Shown: in pieces, positions 1 through 7,729 of the stretch
Numbering within the stretch: position 1 is the stretch's first letter
Layout: every line of letters begins with the position of its first letter
Program-made: the position numbers and the translations under genes
Notes under the pieces: model-generated
Seen by the model: the letters and a program-made list of their open reading frames with translations, nothing else
Databases searched by the model: none
Told to the model about the DNA's origin: nothing
Virus record (IMG/VR): IMGVR_UViG_3300025652_000050
Reading direction: 5' to 3' (one strand)
DNA from: an uncultured virus (IMG/VR IMGVR_UViG_3300025652_000050)
Lineage: Duplodnaviria; Heunggongvirae; Uroviricota; Caudoviricetes; Crassvirales
Length of the DNA stretch: 64,000 nt

Positions 1-112
1 ATAAACTTACGCACAGGACAGGTTAAACCATTTTGCAAATTACCTTATAAATGAAGAAGGTATGACCATTGAACAGATAGATGCCGAAATATTAGCACTT
101 GACTAATGCCTC

Positions 113-241
113 ATAACGTTCCCTCGCTTGCACGTCGTTGCGGGCTTATGAAAACTAATTATTCAACTTAAAATAAAAGAAAATGGAAAACGAAAACGTG
201 AATAAACCACAATACCCGCAATGCGTGCAAACGAGTGTTAT
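113..241. repeat. attC-like imperfect palindrome (putative ssDNA recombination hairpin)
   Basis: ATAAC(113-117)/GTTAT(237-241), CTCG/CGAG, TTGCACG/CGTGCAA, one extrahelical T135, CGTTGCGGG/CCCGCAATG; asymmetric spacer beside the AAC/GTT core; ~70-nt loop. Confidence 0.7.
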
Positions 242-797
242 AACCAGTGCTTTGTCAATTGTGGGTTCAAGTCGAAAAAATGGAGATAGAGAAGAAAATG
301 ATTTTTATCCAACACCAAGCTATGCAGTAGAAGAACTTTTGAAACGAGAAGTTTTTAATGGAAATATTTGGGAGTGTGCTTGTGGAGAAGGAGATATAAG
401 CGAAGTTTTTAAAAACAAAGGATTTGAAGTTGTTAGTACAGATTTAATTGATAGAGGTTACGGAGAACAACTTGATTTTTTAAAAAGTGATTTAGTAGCT
501 GATAACATTGTAACAAATCCTCCTTACAAAATTTCACTCGACTTTTTATTAAAGGCGAAAATGCAATGTAGAAGTAAAATAGCGATGTTTTTAAAAACTG
601 TTTGGCTTGAAAGTGATGCAAGATATGAAATGTTCCAAGACACAGAATTTCCATTAAAAACTATTTACCAATTTAGTAAAAGAGTTTCGCTTTATAAAAA
701 TGGCAAAAAGATGAAAAATAGTGGAATGATTGCTTATGCTTGGTACGTTTGGGATAAAGATTATGTCGGAAAACCAACTGTTGAATGGATACGCTAA
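183..797 (+). CDS. DNA amino-methyltransferase (N6-adenine type), cassette cargo
   Basis: DFYPTP, WECACGEG SAM-binding motif, NPPY catalytic motif. Confidence 0.85.
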   Translation: MENENVNKPQYPQCVQTSVITSALSIVGSSRKNGDREENDFYPTPSYAVEELLKREVFNGNIWECACGEGDISEVFKNKGFEVVSTDLIDRGYGEQLDFLKSDLVADNIVTNPPYKISLDFLLKAKMQCRSKIAMFLKTVWLESDARYEMFQDTEFPLKTIYQFSKRVSLYKNGKKMKNSGMIAYAWYVWDKDYVGKPTVEWIR

Positions 798-810
798 TAG
801 CATTGGTTAT

Positions 811-828
811 AACTCTTGAATGTACGAA
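811..828 (-). repeat. attI-like conserved site, copy 1
   Basis: AACTCTTGAATGTACGAA, 17/18 identical to reverse complement of 57385-57402; abuts the cassette end. Confidence 0.55.
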
Positions 829-1095
829 ACTCAACTGCAATCACTAAACATTATAAATACTAATAAAATGATTGAATTTAGCGTTATATATAAAGCGAAA
901 TATAGACTAAAAAACAATACAAATTATATTTACTCAACTTCTGGATTATGCTTTAATTTAAAAACTAATAATCTAATAAAGCAAGTTACAAAAGGCTATA
1001 CAATTGGTTATTTAATTGATGGTAAATTCAAATCATTAAAAGTTTTAAAAACAGAATTAGAGATAATTCCAAAAAAAGAATATACACCATTTTAA
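820..1095 (+). CDS. Small hypothetical protein ending PKKEYTPF (true start may be ATG 868)
   Basis: ORF; last 27 nt identical to the end of 57177..57365. Confidence 0.7.
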   Translation: MYETQLQSLNIINTNKMIEFSVIYKAKYRLKNNTNYIYSTSGLCFNLKTNNLIKQVTKGYTIGYLIDGKFKSLKVLKTELEIIPKKEYTPF

Positions 1096-1097
1096 TC

Positions 1098-2339
1098 ATG
1101 AATATACAATTAAAATCATCTGGAAAAAAAGACTTCAATAAGTTAAGTATAAGGTTATATCAAGGATTTTTTGATATATGTTCTACTACAAATTTATTAG
1201 TTCCTAAAAACTCTTGGGATAACAAGAAACAAATATGTAAAGATGAAGTTTTGAATGTAAAAATTCAGAAGTTTAAAATATACATAGCAGAACAAATTAC
1301 AAATTCTTATGTAAATGGAGATATAGTTGATAGAGATTGGCTTGTATTTCATATTAAAAAACATTTTTCAAGAAATTATGAGGAAGTAAATTTTGTTAAT
1401 CCTATTCATAAAATATATTTTAGTGAATTTGCTTCCTGGTGGTTAGAAAATGAATCTATTAAATGGAAAGTTTCAGCAACTAAATACATGGGTAAAAAAG
1501 TAAAGGATCAATATTCTTTATTTTTGGAGAAGTTTAAGGATTTCGAGAGTTTGAATAAAAAAGTAAAATTAGTGGATATAACAAATAACTTCATGTATGA
1601 TTTTGTTTTTCACTTAAAATCCTTGAATTATGGACCAACAACCATAGACAAGAACATATCATATCTAAAATTCTTTTGTAATAGAGCATTGGAGCATGGT
1701 TTTAAAGTAAATCAAGAGTTTAAGCAGCGAGTATTCGTAGAGAATGAAAACAATGAAGTAGAGGGAGTTTATTTGAATGAAAAAGAGATAGACAAAATTT
1801 ACAATTTAGATTTATCGCATGATGATCATTTAGATAATGTGAGAGATTTATTGATACTTTCTGTATGGAGTGGAATGAGAATTTCTGATTTTATGCATAA
1901 TTTAAAAACAGAAAACATAAAAGATGGTTTTATAGAGATTAAGACTCAAAAAACTAAAACTTTTGTAAAAATTCCGGTTCATAGTATGGTTAAAAAAGTC
2001 TTGGATAAAAGGTTTGGACAATTACCTAAAAAAATGAGCAGCACAGAATATAATTTACGAGTAAAAGATGTTTGTATGTTAGCTGATATTGACAATTTAG
2101 TTTTTGGTAGTTTAATGAATCCAGAAACAAGGAGAAAAGAGAATGGTTATTATGAGAAGTATAAATTAATTTCAAGCCACGTTGCAAGGAGGTCTCTAGT
2201 TACTAATTTAAAAGATAAAATATCAGATGAAGCTTTGTCTAGTATAGGTGGTTGGTCAACAACAAATCTTTTAAAAACATACAACAAAAAGTCAAAAACA
2301 GATTATGCAAAAGAGTTGCAAGAGTTTTGGAAGAAATAA
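1098..2339 (+). CDS. int: Tyrosine recombinase / phage integrase
   Basis: GMRISD, KT, HVARR, GW and terminal Y catalytic motifs; arm-binding-like N-terminus and SAM-like domain. Confidence 0.92.
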   Translation: MNIQLKSSGKKDFNKLSIRLYQGFFDICSTTNLLVPKNSWDNKKQICKDEVLNVKIQKFKIYIAEQITNSYVNGDIVDRDWLVFHIKKHFSRNYEEVNFVNPIHKIYFSEFASWWLENESIKWKVSATKYMGKKVKDQYSLFLEKFKDFESLNKKVKLVDITNNFMYDFVFHLKSLNYGPTTIDKNISYLKFFCNRALEHGFKVNQEFKQRVFVENENNEVEGVYLNEKEIDKIYNLDLSHDDHLDNVRDLLILSVWSGMRISDFMHNLKTENIKDGFIEIKTQKTKTFVKIPVHSMVKKVLDKRFGQLPKKMSSTEYNLRVKDVCMLADIDNLVFGSLMNPETRRKENGYYEKYKLISSHVARRSLVTNLKDKISDEALSSIGGWSTTNLLKTYNKKSKTDYAKELQEFWKK

Positions 2340-2370
2340 TTTGTAAATTAAAAGAAAAGAATTATCTTTG
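2340..2370 (+). promoter_or_regulatory. Bacteroidota housekeeping-sigma promoter
   Basis: TTTG(2340-2343)-N19-TATCTTTG(2363-2370). Confidence 0.75.
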
Positions 2371-2376
2371 TTCTAA

Positions 2377-2483
2377 TCAATACGGCTTGCAATTCGGATT
2401 GATTATCTGAATTTGCCGTATTTGACAGAAAAAGATAACCCTCAATTAGTCCCGCAAGCCACTATTTTGAGGGTCTTTTCTTT
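2377..2483 (+). ncRNA. Structured leader RNA: 5' hairpin plus terminator-like hairpin whose loop is complementary to the 5' hairpin
   Basis: AATACGGC/GCCGTATT and AATTCGGA/TCTGAATT stems; ACCCTCAA/TTGAGGGT stem plus U tract; loop GCAAGCC complementary to GGCTTGC(2384-2390). Confidence 0.6.
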
Positions 2484-2499
2484 TATAGAATAACCAAAA

Positions 2500-2830
2500 A
2501 AGTTTTACCTCTTGACTGATAAAATAAGAACCGTATATGAAAGTAATTTTATAGTAGTCGGTGGAGTAATCCAAAAAGTAAAATCTAACAGTTGTAAAAA
2601 TCTCGCAATGTTTTAGCTTAACAACGAGTGCTACAAGCCGAAAGGTAAAAGAATAACAACTGAACGAAAAAACCATTCCTGAAAAAGCATTAATTGTTTT
2701 AATTTAAGGAGAAGTCAATAAGAAAAAATGGTGTAGCTCGGAAGTGTAGATTATTGCTTGATGAATTTTTAGGGTATTCATAAATGTTTCAATTGAGTTT
2801 ATCTCTTATTGTAGCATAAAAGCTATGCTA
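2500..2830 (+). ncRNA. Candidate multi-domain structured RNA
   Basis: No credible + strand ORF; nested helices TTTTAC/GTAAAA, CAGTTGT/ACAACTG, ACCATT/AATGGT; two GNRA hairpins; possible GCTACA/TGTAGC pseudoknot. Confidence 0.4.
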
Positions 2831-2858
2831 TATTTAACAATTAAAAACAAAATATAAA

Positions 2859-3167
2859 ATGAATAAACTTTGTCCAGAAGATATAGAATGGAGTTTTATA
2901 ATGTCAATGGGTTTTACTGACCATCATCATAGTAAATCTATTAATAAAAAGTATGGTTTAGAAATGGAAATTATTACTAAAAAAATAGATGGTTATAGTT
3001 TTGGTAAGGGAAAAGTTTATTATTTCATTACGGGTCAAGAAAAAGAATATACATATTTACAAAAATTATGTGATGATTGGAATGAAATTAAAAACTTTGA
3101 TGATCCAGATAGTGAAATAAAATGGGTTAAGATTATAACAAAAAAAAATCCCACTAAATTTAATTAG
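2859..3167 (+). CDS. Hypothetical protein
   Basis: 102-aa ORF with A-rich leader. Confidence 0.7.
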   Translation: MNKLCPEDIEWSFIMSMGFTDHHHSKSINKKYGLEMEIITKKIDGYSFGKGKVYYFITGQEKEYTYLQKLCDDWNEIKNFDDPDSEIKWVKIITKKNPTKFN

Positions 3168-3178
3168 CGGGATTTTTT
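3141..3178. terminator. Bidirectional intrinsic terminator
   Basis: A8-TCCCACTAA...TTAGCGGGA-T6 between convergent genes. Confidence 0.8.
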
Positions 3179-3203
3179 AGTTGTATTAGTTAATAATGAA
3201 AAG

Positions 3204-3596
3204 CTACATATTGAATAAACTTCTGAATGCTTTAATTCTTTGGAAAGTCTTGGATTTTTGTTTCTTCTGAAAGCTTCCTTTTGGTTTCTCGAAAACTGTT
3301 TTTTCAAAGATTATATGCTTTACAATTATAGGTTGTCCATCTAGTGTATGTCCTACAATAAATTCAATCTCTCTTTTATCTACTGAATCAGATATTGCTT
3401 CCGCTTTGTTCTCGTTTATCTTTAATTTCTTTACGAGTTTATGAAGGTCTTTTTCTTTTCCTCTCCATTGGTTGCGTAAAAGTGAAATTCTATCTTCATC
3501 AAGAGTTTTTTCAGGATTTCTAACTTTAATAGATTCTAGTAGGTCCTCAAATAATTCATCAAATGGTGGTGTTTTTTGCTTTCTCATAATTTTCAA
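3204..3596 (-). CDS. Hypothetical protein
   Basis: ORF in the tightly packed minus-strand cluster. Confidence 0.65.
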   Translation of the reverse strand: MKIMRKQKTPPFDELFEDLLESIKVRNPEKTLDEDRISLLRNQWRGKEKDLHKLVKKLKINENKAEAISDSVDKREIEFIVGHTLDGQPIIVKHIIFEKTVFEKPKGSFQKKQKSKTFQRIKAFRSLFNM

Positions 3597-3786
3597 TTAA
3601 TTCGTTTAGTATTTCAATTTGTTTTGGACCAAGAGTATTTGTTATCTGTCCTGTGTTCTTGTAAATGATAAAAGCATTGTCAATTATACTTCTATTTGCT
3701 CTCTTTACCATTATGTTTTGCAATGATATGGAAAGTTTTTTAAATGCTTTAGTTTCTCTTATTTTGTCTGCTGAAATTATATCCAT
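3559..3786 (-). CDS. Hypothetical protein
   Basis: ORF in cluster. Confidence 0.65.
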   Translation of the reverse strand: MDIISADKIRETKAFKKLSISLQNIMVKRANRSIIDNAFIIYKNTGQITNTLGPKQIEILNELIENYEKAKNTTI

Positions 3787-3810
3787 AATTTTTTATGATT
3801 TTAATATTAA

Positions 3811-4074
3811 TTACAAATTTACCAAAAACTCTTGCAAGTCAACCTCAAAAACTAAAAGTATTTTATGCAGCGTAAAAACATCAACAACATGAGAACCATC
3901 TTCAATTTTAGAAATTCTAGAAGTTTTGGTGCCATTTCCAAAAACTGCTTTTGAAAGTGCATACTTACTCATGTTCTTTTCTTCTCTTTTTATTCTGATA
4001 ACTTTACCAATGGTATTGATTAAATCATATTTCTCTAATTGTTCTCTTACTCGTCTGTCTGTATTGCTTTCCAT
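3811..4074 (-). CDS. XRE-family HTH regulator
   Basis: IGKVIRIKREEKNMSKYALS...ISKIEDG pattern. Confidence 0.8.
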   Translation of the reverse strand: MESNTDRRVREQLEKYDLINTIGKVIRIKREEKNMSKYALSKAVFGNGTKTSRISKIEDGSHVVDVFTLHKILLVFEVDLQEFLVNL

Positions 4075-4208
4075 ACTTTAATTGGTTTTGTGAAAATCTC
4101 TGAATTTGGATCAATTATGTTGTACCCTTCAGGTTTTTCATTATCTCCTGGAATTAAATTACTCAAGAGTTTTTGGTTATATTCTTTAAATTTTTGTTGT
4201 GTTGTCAT
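4047..4208 (-). CDS. Small hypothetical protein (53 aa, not in ORF track)
   Basis: MTTQQKFKEY...AIQTDE*, fills the gap in the operon. Confidence 0.5.
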   Translation of the reverse strand: MTTQQKFKEYNQKLLSNLIPGDNEKPEGYNIIDPNSEIFTKPIKVWKAIQTDE

Positions 4209-4214
4209 AGTAGA

Positions 4215-4604
4215 TTACTTTTTCCGCATTACTTTTTTAGAAATTCCTAAAACACTATTGGGGTCTTTTGCATGAGCTTTCAATATAATAGCAAGTTCTT
4301 CCCATTGGCAAAAAATAGCTTTTGATAGTAATTTTAATACTTCATCTAAATTCTCAAAATTTCGGTCCACAAATTCAGTATCTACCTTGTCAACTTTTTC
4401 AAATTCTTTTACTTCAGCTCTCATTAGTGCCATTATAAAAGGTTTTCCGTATTTTTTAACGTCTGCTTTGTAATATTCAGTTCCTTTCAATACTTCGTTG
4501 TGGTGTAGTGCATTTTGATTAGCTAAAATGCTTTTTGCAAGTGCAGTTTGGAATGCTATTCTTCCGTATTGTTCTTCAGTTAATTCTTCAACTTTTATTT
4601 TCAT
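4215..4604 (-). CDS. Hypothetical protein
   Basis: ORF in cluster. Confidence 0.7.
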   Translation of the reverse strand: MKIKVEELTEEQYGRIAFQTALAKSILANQNALHHNEVLKGTEYYKADVKKYGKPFIMALMRAEVKEFEKVDKVDTEFVDRNFENLDEVLKLLSKAIFCQWEELAIILKAHAKDPNSVLGISKKVMRKK

Positions 4605-4605
4605 C

Positions 4606-4821
4606 TTACTTAATTTTTAATACTTGTTTTGCGTTTTTTACCATTTGTGAAAGTTTCTCCCAATTTTCAAGACTTAAACTTATCTCACTACCTGCATGTT
4701 CCACTACTAACCAGGTTTCCTCGTTTTTATTCGCATCTAGTGTAACTTCTTGCTCTGTAACTTCATTTTTATCACAAAAAATTCTTACTGTTTGTTTAAA
4801 TTCTGCTCTTTGATTTTTCAT
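4606..4821 (-). CDS. Hypothetical protein
   Basis: ORF coupled to neighbours. Confidence 0.65.
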   Translation of the reverse strand: MKNQRAEFKQTVRIFCDKNEVTEQEVTLDANKNEETWLVVEHAGSEISLSLENWEKLSQMVKNAKQVLKIK

Positions 4822-5006
4822 TTTATTTCTATTTTAATTTTTAAATTCATTTGATTAACAATTTTCTGTAAAGTTTTAAAACTTGCCTGACTCTCTCCGT
4901 TTAAAATATGATTAAGTGTTGAGTAGTTTACTTTATACTTTTTTGAAAATTCAATTTGATTTAGTCCGCTTTCTTTTACCAGGTTTATAATAATTTCGTT
5001 GATCAT
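4818..5006 (-). CDS. Cro/XRE-like HTH protein
   Basis: GLNQIEFSKKYKVNYSTLNHILNGE HTH pattern. Confidence 0.75.
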   Translation of the reverse strand: MINEIIINLVKESGLNQIEFSKKYKVNYSTLNHILNGESQASFKTLQKIVNQMNLKIKIEIK

Positions 5007-5054
5007 TAATTCGATATTGATTAATTTACTATTTTATAAAAACTCTTGAAGGAA

Positions 5055-5204
5055 TTACCACCCCATAAAAAAATACCCAATAGCAACAAGATACAAACAA
5101 ATAATTGCCCCTAAATGTTGTGGGTAAAAAACAAGAATCGCAGTTGCAAGTGCAAAAACTATAATTGCCGTTATCATACTGCTCTTTTTATTTTCGTTCT
5201 GCAT
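5055..5204 (-). CDS. Small two-TM membrane protein (49 aa, not in ORF track)
   Basis: MQNENKKSSMITAIIVFALATAILVFYPQHLGAIICLYLVAIGYFFMGW*. Confidence 0.55.
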   Translation of the reverse strand: MQNENKKSSMITAIIVFALATAILVFYPQHLGAIICLYLVAIGYFFMGW

Positions 5205-5242
5205 ACTCGTGTTTTTTTAGTTGTTTTTTTTTTTTGTCATGA

Positions 5243-5392
5243 CTAATCATTTGTTTTAAAATCTGTTGCTTTTCTGTATCTCTTTAATACGTTTCTAGCT
5301 CGTATTAATTCTACTTCACTAAGTTTGTTTTTCTTAAAGTAGTTTCTGTAAGTCTGTGCTAATTGTTCTGCGGTTCTGTTTTTTGCTGCCAT
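5243..5392 (-). CDS. Small basic hypothetical protein (49 aa, not in ORF track)
   Basis: MAAKNRTAEQLAQTYRNY...*, starts 2 nt after the upstream stop. Confidence 0.55.
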   Translation of the reverse strand: MAAKNRTAEQLAQTYRNYFKKNKLSEVELIRARNVLKRYRKATDFKTND

Positions 5393-5394
5393 GA

Positions 5395-5706
5395 TTATTT
5401 GATTTTATTATCTCTTAATCCGTTTTTCAAATATTCCTCTGGTTCCAATTTATCTAATGGAATTTTTGATAAATCAATTTTGGCTTTTGCTTGTCTTCTT
5501 AGGTTTCTATTTTCGATTTCTAAATAGCTTTCAATTCTCTCGGTTTTAATAACTATTTTATTACAAATAGTTACTACTAAATAAGCCGTAATTTGTCGGT
5601 CTTTATTAATTGTCTTAATTGTATAGGTTGTGTCTTGTGCGTTTGTTTTAGTGCTTAAAAATAGTAAGAATCCTAAAATGAATAAAAATGTTTTTGTTGT
5701 TTTCAT
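5395..5706 (-). CDS. Hypothetical protein with N-terminal signal peptide
   Basis: MKTTKTFLFILGFLLFLSTKTNA/Q. Confidence 0.7.
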   Translation of the reverse strand: MKTTKTFLFILGFLLFLSTKTNAQDTTYTIKTINKDRQITAYLVVTICNKIVIKTERIESYLEIENRNLRRQAKAKIDLSKIPLDKLEPEEYLKNGLRDNKIK

Positions 5707-5709
5707 GGT

Positions 5710-5994
5710 TTATTGATTTTTAAAATTAAATTTATGGTTGTATTTTTCTTTGATTTCGTTTGACCTTGTTTTAAAGCTATTTCCGACCTCTTCTTTTTCT
5801 TCCAATATTAGTTTAATATTTAAGATAAAGTTTCCAACAATTGAAACGTGAATGAAGTTTTGAGGTTCGTATTGTGATCCGTTCACGATATACTTTGCAT
5901 TTTCGATATAAATATCGCTTAAACTATGCTTTTGCGGTTCTTCATCTTCTTTGATATTGAATAACCAATTGATAAAATTTTCTAGTTTCTTCAT
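5710..5994 (-). CDS. Hypothetical protein
   Basis: ORF in cluster. Confidence 0.65.
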   Translation of the reverse strand: MKKLENFINWLFNIKEDEEPQKHSLSDIYIENAKYIVNGSQYEPQNFIHVSIVGNFILNIKLILEEKEEVGNSFKTRSNEIKEKYNHKFNFKNQ

Positions 5995-6014
5995 GGTGGT
6001 TTTTTTAAAAGATT

Positions 6015-6055
6015 AAAAAACTAACCTATTTTAAATTATAAAATAGGTTAGTTTT
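6015..6055. terminator. Intrinsic terminator
   Basis: AAAAAACTAACCTATTTT...AAAATAGGTTAGTTTTT inverted repeat. Confidence 0.7.
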
Positions 6056-6063
6056 ATTTATTT

Positions 6064-6501
6064 TTATTCTAACAAATGTGAATTTTCTAAAATTTCAGTT
6101 CCTATTTTTTTTGAATCAGAAAAAGATAATGTAGTATACTTCCCGTTCTTATCAATTATAAATAATATACTAAATCCTTTGTACTTGCTTATTGTGTAAT
6201 TTTTTTCTGTATATGATATTTCAGTTTCTTTTTCAAGGCTTGAAAGTTCGATCAACTTGTTAGCAAAAGTTTCAAGCTTGTCTTTTCCTACAATCATAAT
6301 ACTTCCTATATCAGTAATATGTTTGTATTTTTTATTACTATAACCATAATAAAAATACTTTAATATTTGGCCCGATTCTGATCTTTCGATTATTTCATAA
6401 CCGTTTTTACTTTTTAATAAAGTTTTTCTTTCTACCTGGCTTTGAGCCAAAGTTGTAAAGCTAATTAATAGCATTGCGAAAATTGTAATAAATTTTTTCA
6501 T
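6064..6501 (-). CDS. Exported hypothetical protein
   Basis: Sec signal MKKFITIFAMLLISFTTLA/Q. Confidence 0.75.
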   Translation of the reverse strand: MKKFITIFAMLLISFTTLAQSQVERKTLLKSKNGYEIIERSESGQILKYFYYGYSNKKYKHITDIGSIMIVGKDKLETFANKLIELSSLEKETEISYTEKNYTISKYKGFSILFIIDKNGKYTTLSFSDSKKIGTEILENSHLLE

Positions 6502-6562
6502 AATAAGTGAATTTGATTTTTTTGCCTACTCTTTTAAAGATTTTCGGCTTCCTCTTTTTTGG

Positions 6563-6811
6563 TTAAATTTTTACGATCAATTTTTTGTCTTGATAAAATA
6601 AAGTGTTTTCGTAAACTTTCTTTGACAACATTGTAGTAAACAAGTTAATTGCTAATTGTCTGACTTCATCTTCATTTAAAACTTCTGTTATTTTGTGTTT
6701 TTCAAATATTGAATACTCAAAAATTTCTTTGTTAAATTGGTTTACAAACATTTTTAAATTTGCTTCAGATACTTCTTTGAAAATTTCTATTTTGTCTTGT
6801 GGTGTTGCCAT
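6563..6811 (-). CDS. Hypothetical protein
   Basis: ORF in putative early cluster. Confidence 0.65.
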   Translation of the reverse strand: MATPQDKIEIFKEVSEANLKMFVNQFNKEIFEYSIFEKHKITEVLNEDEVRQLAINLFTTMLSKKVYENTLFYQDKKLIVKI

Positions 6812-6821
6812 TGGTTTAATT

Positions 6822-7130
6822 TTAGTAAGTTCCTATTTGTGTAAAAATCATTTTTCCATTTATATAATCATATACCTGTATCAATCTTTCGGTATATGTA
6901 AAATTAAAATGTGTAATTCTTTGCCATTTGTTAAAAACAACTTTTGAAACAAAAATATTTCTATTTCTAAATTCATCTAAAATAATTAGAATTAACTTTT
7001 TTATATTTTCTTCTGTTCTAACTGCACAAAAAATATTTTCTTTTATACATTCAAAGTTACTTTCTAAATTTTTAAAAAGTTGTTCATCTGTACAATTTTT
7101 TATTATTGCTTTTTGTTTTTCGTTGTTCAT
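6822..7130 (-). CDS. Hypothetical protein
   Basis: ORF in putative early cluster. Confidence 0.65.
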   Translation of the reverse strand: MNNEKQKAIIKNCTDEQLFKNLESNFECIKENIFCAVRTEENIKKLILIILDEFRNRNIFVSKVVFNKWQRITHFNFTYTERLIQVYDYINGKMIFTQIGTY

Positions 7131-7381
7131 GATATAAATTTTATAGGGTTTGCCTTAATTTGGTTCATCTTTTTGTAGATTTTTATTTTACTTTCTGTAC
7201 TTGTAAAGTATATCCTGCATCTAAAATCAACATCAATATTTTCATGTCCGGACCAGTCAATTTCTCTAATTTCTGCATGAGTAACATTTTCAAAAATGTT
7301 TTTTATTTGTTCAATCCATTTTTCAACTTCTTGTTTAGTATCTGCTACTAAATCAACTGCACAATTTTTTAGTTTATCCAT
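7127..7381 (-). CDS. Hypothetical protein
   Basis: ORF overlapping the next gene by 4 nt. Confidence 0.7.
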   Translation of the reverse strand: MDKLKNCAVDLVADTKQEVEKWIEQIKNIFENVTHAEIREIDWSGHENIDVDFRCRIYFTSTESKIKIYKKMNQIKANPIKFIS

Positions 7382-7386
7382 AGTTT

Positions 7387-7719
7387 TTAAGTTTTTAAGT
7401 ATTTTTTAAATTCTTCAATTTGAATTTTCGTAAGTTTTTGTTTTAATGTTTCGTGATTAACATATTCGTTGTCTTTGTTGAATTGTTTTATAACATTATA
7501 TTTTAAAACTTTTTTTGAGGGAATTTGAAAATTTATAAGTGCAATTTTGAAACTGTTTTTTTTAATATCAAAAACTACTTCGATATATTTTTCTGTTTCG
7601 CTGTCTGTTTCTGTATGTTGTAAATAGTGTTTAAAACTGTCTTTAAATTCATTCACTTGTTCTAATTTAATGGATTCCATTTTTGAAAACTCATTAGCTT
7701 GTAATATTGTTTCTAGCAT
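7387..7719 (-). CDS. Hypothetical protein
   Basis: ORF in cluster. Confidence 0.65.
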   Translation of the reverse strand: MLETILQANEFSKMESIKLEQVNEFKDSFKHYLQHTETDSETEKYIEVVFDIKKNSFKIALINFQIPSKKVLKYNVIKQFNKDNEYVNHETLKQKLTKIQIEEFKKYLKT

Positions 7720-7729
7720 TATATTGGTT

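Noticed and set aside
2446..2676. 76-aa minus-strand ORF
   Set aside because: No recognisable features; lies antisense to the promoter-driven structured region
2728..2800. tRNA-like start GGTGTAGCTCGG...GTAGA
   Set aside because: No T-arm GTTCRA, no acceptor stem and no cloverleaf
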